DNA of 64,000 nt from an uncultured Bacteroidales bacterium (GTDB taxonomy: Bacteria > Bacteroidota > Bacteroidia > Bacteroidales > VadinHA17). The notes below the pieces were generated by a model, which worked only from the letters and a program-made list of their open reading frames with translations, was not told where the DNA came from and searched no databases. Location: contig CAWBQN010000018.1 of the NCBI GenBank assembly GCA_963791065.1, positions 391,917 to 455,916 of the forward strand, written 5' to 3'. Numbering within the stretch: the first letter of the stretch is position 1; every line of letters begins with the position of its first letter. The position numbers were made by a program, and so were the translations under genes. This document shows, piece by piece, positions 59,629 through 64,000 of this stretch.

Positions 59629-61200
59629 ATGAAAACAAAAAAGCTGATTTTAAATCTTCTGATTTTATATTTGTTCGTATCTCCCGGTTACATTCCCCTT
59701 TCGGGACAGGTAATTACTTCACAGGAAATAGATACTCTTGTCGAAAGGACTTTAAGAACATTTGATGTCCCGGGAATTGCCGTGGCTGTTGTTAAAGATG
59801 GTACTATCGTTCATTTAAGGGGGTATGGTGTGCGTTCACTTAATTCAAAACTGCCGGTTGATGAAAACACCTTATTCGGCATTGCTTCCAATACCAAAGC
59901 ATTTACAACTACTGCTCTGGGAATACTTGTGGATGAGAAAAAGTTAAAATGGGATGACAAGGTAATTGATTATATACCTGAATTCAGATTATATAACCCT
60001 TATGTCACCCAGGAATTTACTATCAGGGATCTTCTTACCCATCGAAGCGGTTTAGGATTGGGCGCCGGTGATCTAATGGTTTGGCCGGGCAACAATAATT
60101 TCACGATAAATGATATTCTTTATAATATCAGATATTTAAAGCCTGTCTCAGGGTTCAGATCAAAGTACGATTACGATAATCTTCTATATTTAGTTGCAGG
60201 ACAAGTTGTTGCGAGGGTATCGAAAATGAGTTACGAAGATTTTATCGAGAAGCGAATAATGGAACCTTTACAAATGAAAGGAAGCGCTGCTTCCTATAGC
60301 CGGTTGAAGGACAAATCGAATGTTATCGACCCTCATGTTCCTGTAAATGGCTCTTTAAAGGTGATAGAGCGTTATTCAAATGAAGTGCTCAATGCAGCAG
60401 GTGGTATTTATTCCAATATCACCGACATGTGTAAATGGGTAAACATGCATATTAATAATGGCAAATATGGAACAAACCATGAAAAGCAGCTTGTGAGTGA
60501 ACGTGTCCATAAGGATATGTGGTCGCCAAATACCATTATACCTGTTGGAGATTCTACGGACTACAATACTCATTTTTCATGTTATGGATTAGGATGGGGA
60601 CTTTCGGATGTAAAAGGATATAAACGTGTCGGTCACACCGGAGGGCTTGCAGGTATTGTCACCCAGGTAACAATTATCCCTGAACTGAAGCTGGGAATCA
60701 TTGTATTTACTAACCAGCAATCGGGAGCAGCTTTTACATCCCTAACAAACTCTATTCTCGACAAATATTTTGGTATATCGGGAATTGACCGGATAGCACA
60801 ATACTCCAGGCTTGAGAAACGAGGGATGTTAAATGCAGAAAAAATAACCGATGAGGTTTGGAAGAACATTAAATCTCCGAAAGCAGGGACCGCTGTTAAA
60901 TCAGATAACGGTGCCTACACAGGCACTTATACTGATAAATGGTTTGGTGAAGTGACAATTTCTGAAAAAAATGGGACCCTCTGGTTTGACTCAAAAAGAT
61001 CTCCTGATTTCACCGGCGAAATGTTTCCGTTCAAAGGAAACACTTACCTGGTAAAATGGAACGACAGAAGCATGGATGCTGATGCATATGTAATGTTCTG
61101 CCTCGACAAAACCGGCAAGGCCTTTGAAATGAAAATGGAAGCTATTTCTCCTTCTACTGATTTTAGCTATGACTTTCAGGATTTAGATTTCTATCGTTAA
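59629..61200 (+). CDS. Beta-lactamase-family serine hydrolase (class C/PBP4*-like) with a C-terminal lipocalin-like domain
   Basis: Signal peptide from ATG 59629 (MKTKKLILNLL), SxxK motif ASNTKAF, YxN motif YDYDNLLY and HTGG in place of KTG. Confidence 0.75.
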   Translation: MKTKKLILNLLILYLFVSPGYIPLSGQVITSQEIDTLVERTLRTFDVPGIAVAVVKDGTIVHLRGYGVRSLNSKLPVDENTLFGIASNTKAFTTTALGILVDEKKLKWDDKVIDYIPEFRLYNPYVTQEFTIRDLLTHRSGLGLGAGDLMVWPGNNNFTINDILYNIRYLKPVSGFRSKYDYDNLLYLVAGQVVARVSKMSYEDFIEKRIMEPLQMKGSAASYSRLKDKSNVIDPHVPVNGSLKVIERYSNEVLNAAGGIYSNITDMCKWVNMHINNGKYGTNHEKQLVSERVHKDMWSPNTIIPVGDSTDYNTHFSCYGLGWGLSDVKGYKRVGHTGGLAGIVTQVTIIPELKLGIIVFTNQQSGAAFTSLTNSILDKYFGISGIDRIAQYSRLEKRGMLNAEKITDEVWKNIKSPKAGTAVKSDNGAYTGTYTDKWFGEVTISEKNGTLWFDSKRSPDFTGEMFPFKGNTYLVKWNDRSMDADAYVMFCLDKTGKAFEMKMEAISPSTDFSYDFQDLDFYR

Positions 61201-61290
61201 AATCGGACTGATTTTTTAAGCAGTAAGATACCTGCATTCACTTCTGAATAAATTCTTACATTGTGAACGTCAGTATTTAAAAGCTTCTGT

Positions 61291-62685
61291 ATGGCTAATC
61301 AAAGGAACCTCGTCCGGACTCTGGGAATGGGTTATGTAGTTATTTTTGTCGTTGCAAATATCATCGGATCAGGTGTATATAAAAAAATTGCTCCGATGGC
61401 TGCAGAACTTCACTCCTCTGTATTTATACTACTGGCTTGGATCGTTGGAGGGATCATTACCCTATTTGGCGCCTTGAGCAATGCTGAAGTCGCAGGATTA
61501 CTGGCAGATACGGGAGGTGATTTTGTTTATTTCAAAAAAATCTACAACCGTTTTTTTGCATTTATGTATGGGTGGTCGATCTTTACAGTTATTCAAACTG
61601 CCACTATATCCTCACTTGCTTATGTTTTTGCCCAATCACTAAACAGTATAATCGCTATTCCTTCAGTTTTCAGCTCTCTTCAGCATTTTTCGGTAGCAGG
61701 AATATTCTTCCCATTTCAGGATTTCGGAGTTAAGCTTGCAGCAATTTTGCTGATACTGATTTTAACCGGGCTTAATATTTCCGGACTGAAAAGCGGAGCC
61801 GGTGTAAGCAGGGCAATTATGTTTATGGTATTCGCAGGCCTGCTTACTATTGTGATCTTTGGTCTTCTCAACTCTAAAGCCAAACCGGCAAATTTCATGA
61901 ATTTAAAAGAACTTGCGGGCGGAACTGTAACAATATCTGCATTTTATACAGCGATGCTGGCTGCTTTCTGGGCCTATCAGGGTTGGGCCTCTGTCGGATT
62001 CATCGGAGGAGAAGTAAAAGATGCCAAAAAAAATATTCCAAAAGGAATTGTCACAGGTGTGTTTATAGTAATCTTCATTTATCTGATTGTAAATATAACA
62101 TATCTGACCCTCTTGTCCATTCCGCAACTTACGCATATTAATGAATCTGGCGATCAGATTGCTGCAGTTGAGGCGGTCAGAGCCTTTTGGGGAAAGGGGG
62201 GAGTTATTTTTATCTCGCTGTTAATACTGATTACAACACTTGGATGCACAAATGCCAGCATACTTACAGGCGCCAGACCTTACTATGCAATGGCTCGTGA
62301 TGGTCTTTTTTTCAGGAATCTCGGTAAAATCAACAAGGCAAACGTACCATCTAACTCACTTTTATGGCAGGGTATATGGGCATCAGTTCTTGTTCTTTCA
62401 GGCACTTTCGATCAACTGACCGATATGATAATTTTTGCTGTATTTATTTTTTATGGAGCAAACTCCCTGGGAGTATTTATTTTACGGCACAGGATGCCAG
62501 ATGCATACAGACCCTATAAAGTTTGGGGCTATCCCGTGGTCCCGGCAATATTTATCCTGTTTTGTATCGGATTATTTTTCAACACCATTTTTACCAGGCC
62601 CCGTGAGGCAGCAATTGGTCTGATACTGATTTTTTTAGGGATCCCGGTTTATTTTTTAATGAAAAGATTTAATAGAAATTCTTAA
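61291..62685 (+). CDS. APC-family amino acid permease
   Basis: 464-aa ORF with 12 predicted TM helices and N-terminal IIGSGVYKK plus the GALSNAEVAGL motif. Confidence 0.8.
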   Translation: MANQRNLVRTLGMGYVVIFVVANIIGSGVYKKIAPMAAELHSSVFILLAWIVGGIITLFGALSNAEVAGLLADTGGDFVYFKKIYNRFFAFMYGWSIFTVIQTATISSLAYVFAQSLNSIIAIPSVFSSLQHFSVAGIFFPFQDFGVKLAAILLILILTGLNISGLKSGAGVSRAIMFMVFAGLLTIVIFGLLNSKAKPANFMNLKELAGGTVTISAFYTAMLAAFWAYQGWASVGFIGGEVKDAKKNIPKGIVTGVFIVIFIYLIVNITYLTLLSIPQLTHINESGDQIAAVEAVRAFWGKGGVIFISLLILITTLGCTNASILTGARPYYAMARDGLFFRNLGKINKANVPSNSLLWQGIWASVLVLSGTFDQLTDMIIFAVFIFYGANSLGVFILRHRMPDAYRPYKVWGYPVVPAIFILFCIGLFFNTIFTRPREAAIGLILIFLGIPVYFLMKRFNRNS

Positions 62686-62689
62686 ACAC

Positions 62690-62826
62690 CAGGTACCCCT
62701 GTCCCGCTAAAGCGGGATCTCCCCTAAAGGGGCGAAAATTCTCATTGTTAAGTCAAATTATAATTTTGTGCTGGAATTTCTCCCCCTGCCAGGGGGAGTG
62801 CCCGTAGGGCGAGGGGGTCTACGGAG
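62690..62826 (-). repeat. GC-rich multi-hairpin intergenic element, copy C (inverted relative to copy A)
   Basis: The reverse complement reads ccccctcgccctacgggcactccccctggcagggggagaaattccagcacaaaattataatttgacttaacaatgagaattttcgcccctttaggggagatcccgctttagcgggacaggggtacctg. This is collinear with 7389-7518. Confidence 0.75.
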
Positions 62827-62865
62827 CATTTTTACCTTTGGGTAGTACCCGAAGAGTCTGGTGCA

Positions 62866-64000
62866 TTACGTCGGCGGATGCAGTCTTTTGCTGAACCAGT
62901 TTCTGACCGACATCATTTTTTCAATCTGGTACGCAGGAGCATGACGGTGGCACTTTGATCTTTCATCACTGTTCTCAGGTGCTCCCCAGCGGATTTCGAT
63001 CCCGTCATTAGGATTATATGCCATCTCAAAGGCATCCCTTCTTTTCAGTATTTCACCGACAGTCAGTTTCTGTAGTGTACCATCTGCATGGGTATAGCTG
63101 ATGGTAAGTCCGGATACCTTCTGCTCAAGTAAAGTTTTTAGATTCTTCCTGGCCTCCTCCGGGGATATATGTCCTGAGAAGTTAAAATCCTTTGGTGAAT
63201 GTGTAATCTGATCCGGAAAATTTAGTACTTCATCCATCGCAATCAAAAGTCTAAGGTCACGGTTGGGAGTGGAAAAGTCTTCCCACTGGCCACCTGCCTG
63301 AAAAATACCTGCTGCGCTCGAAGGCATTGGAATAACGGCACCAGGATGAGATTTGAAATAAGCTTCACCATTAGCCACAGAAGTTATGCGTACCAGCAGT
63401 TGTTCGTACAGTGCCTGGATCAGACCCAGTAGCTCAGTTTCAGGATCGAGCGGCTTCGGATTGATCAGTCGTTCCATTGCACGATAGAATACTTCAGTTT
63501 GCATCTTCCTTTGCTGAAGCGAAAAAGGAATAAAACCGTCCTCAGCTGTCAGTTCACTGTTCTTCATGAGGTATGGCATTCCCTTATTTATCTTTATAGG
63601 GCGAAAAGCTTTAAACCCCGGCTCTCCTATAACGCCTGAGGTATTAAAGAGAAAATTCCCTTTCCAGAATCGCTTGATGCCTACAGTTCCATCGGGTTGA
63701 GCGTCTACTGCAAGAAGTAACCCGGGATGATCATTGGTTTGTTGTACCCAGTCTACGAGGATCAGAGTATGTCCGTAAGGGTCAGCATATACAGTACCAG
63801 GACGCAAAGCTGGTTTTTCCAGGGGAACCGGGTAATAGTCGGAATTCTCATCATCGAGAGCTGTCCTTGCAGTGGCTGACTGGACACCATCCTTTACCTT
63901 TCTTAGGAAGGTATTGAACGCCTCCACCGGATTCGTTTTCGAGCTTGAAGTTTCATTTGTGATCCACTGACCGGCTCTGGGTTTTCTTTCGAGGCTGCCC
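62866..64000 (-). CDS. Hypothetical protein, C-terminal 378 codons (frame stays open to the right edge of the window)
   Basis: The track ORF starts at GTG 63927, but the same frame has no stop up to 64000 (..GSLERKPRAGQWITNETSSSKTNPVEAFNTF..), so the gene is 5-prime truncated here. No family recognised. Confidence 0.55.
   Translation of the reverse strand, partial: GSLERKPRAGQWITNETSSSKTNPVEAFNTFLRKVKDGVQSATARTALDDENSDYYPVPLEKPALRPGTVYADPYGHTLILVDWVQQTNDHPGLLLAVDAQPDGTVGIKRFWKGNFLFNTSGVIGEPGFKAFRPIKINKGMPYLMKNSELTAEDGFIPFSLQQRKMQTEVFYRAMERLINPKPLDPETELLGLIQALYEQLLVRITSVANGEAYFKSHPGAVIPMPSSAAGIFQAGGQWEDFSTPNRDLRLLIAMDEVLNFPDQITHSPKDFNFSGHISPEEARKNLKTLLEQKVSGLTISYTHADGTLQKLTVGEILKRRDAFEMAYNPNDGIEIRWGAPENSDERSKCHRHAPAYQIEKMMSVRNWFSKRLHPPT

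Noticed and set aside
1-64000. Search for tRNA, rRNA, tmRNA, CRISPR repeats, transposases and known defence genes
   Set aside because: No cloverleaf-like GC-rich segments with a GTTCRA T-loop, no short direct repeats with spacers, and no recombinase, nuclease or RT-type ORFs were seen in any spacer or ORF. The scan was done by eye, so small RNAs could have been missed.

Overview
This window reads as an ordinary chromosomal segment of a Bacteroidota-type genome. Three things support that call: a 1664-aa surface protein ends in a T9SS C-terminal sorting domain, SecD and SecF are fused, and TAnnTTTG -7 promoter boxes sit 20-90 nt upstream of several start codons.

I can support about 50 protein-coding genes:
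- Housekeeping and envelope genes: era, an RluB-like pseudouridine synthase, glmM, a HlyD/FtsX-permease/TolC efflux operon, secDF, tatA and a LolD-like ATPase.
- A central-carbon and stress block: two USP genes, gnd, zwf, a HAD hydrolase, phosphoketolase, rpiB, PPK2, a beta-barrel protein, an LEA_2 protein, class I aldolase, manA, a GH130 enzyme and tkt.
- metE, mutS, a tRNA methyltransferase and a saccharopine dehydrogenase-family gene.
- Glycan and sugar genes: a CE4-like protein, GH2, a PQQ sugar dehydrogenase with cytochrome c, and a ROK/MFS/SIS operon.
- An S9 peptidase, a beta-lactamase-family hydrolase and an APC permease.

I found no rRNA, tRNA, CRISPR array, transposase, integrase or recognisable defence genes, so I cannot point to a clear novel gene system. 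Four signals deserve a second look:
1. At least nine reading-frame breaks hit conserved genes (FtsX permease, tolC, secDF, gnd, rpiB, fba). All lie between 4.7 and 25.5 kb, and none occurs in the remaining 38 kb. Four of them can be repaired by skipping exactly the T of the in-frame stop codon (CNG-T-RRA context). This could be local assembly error or recoding.
2. A GC-rich multi-hairpin intergenic element occurs in inverted copies 55 kb apart, with compensatory stem substitutions. A third, partial relative also exists.
3. The T9SS beta-helix protein carries 8 tandem 315-bp domain repeats, and the central units are near-identical and mosaic.
4. The pentose-phosphate/phosphoketolase/polyphosphate/stress gene block is compositionally mosaic.

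All coordinates, alignments and counts were done by eye. No database search was run.
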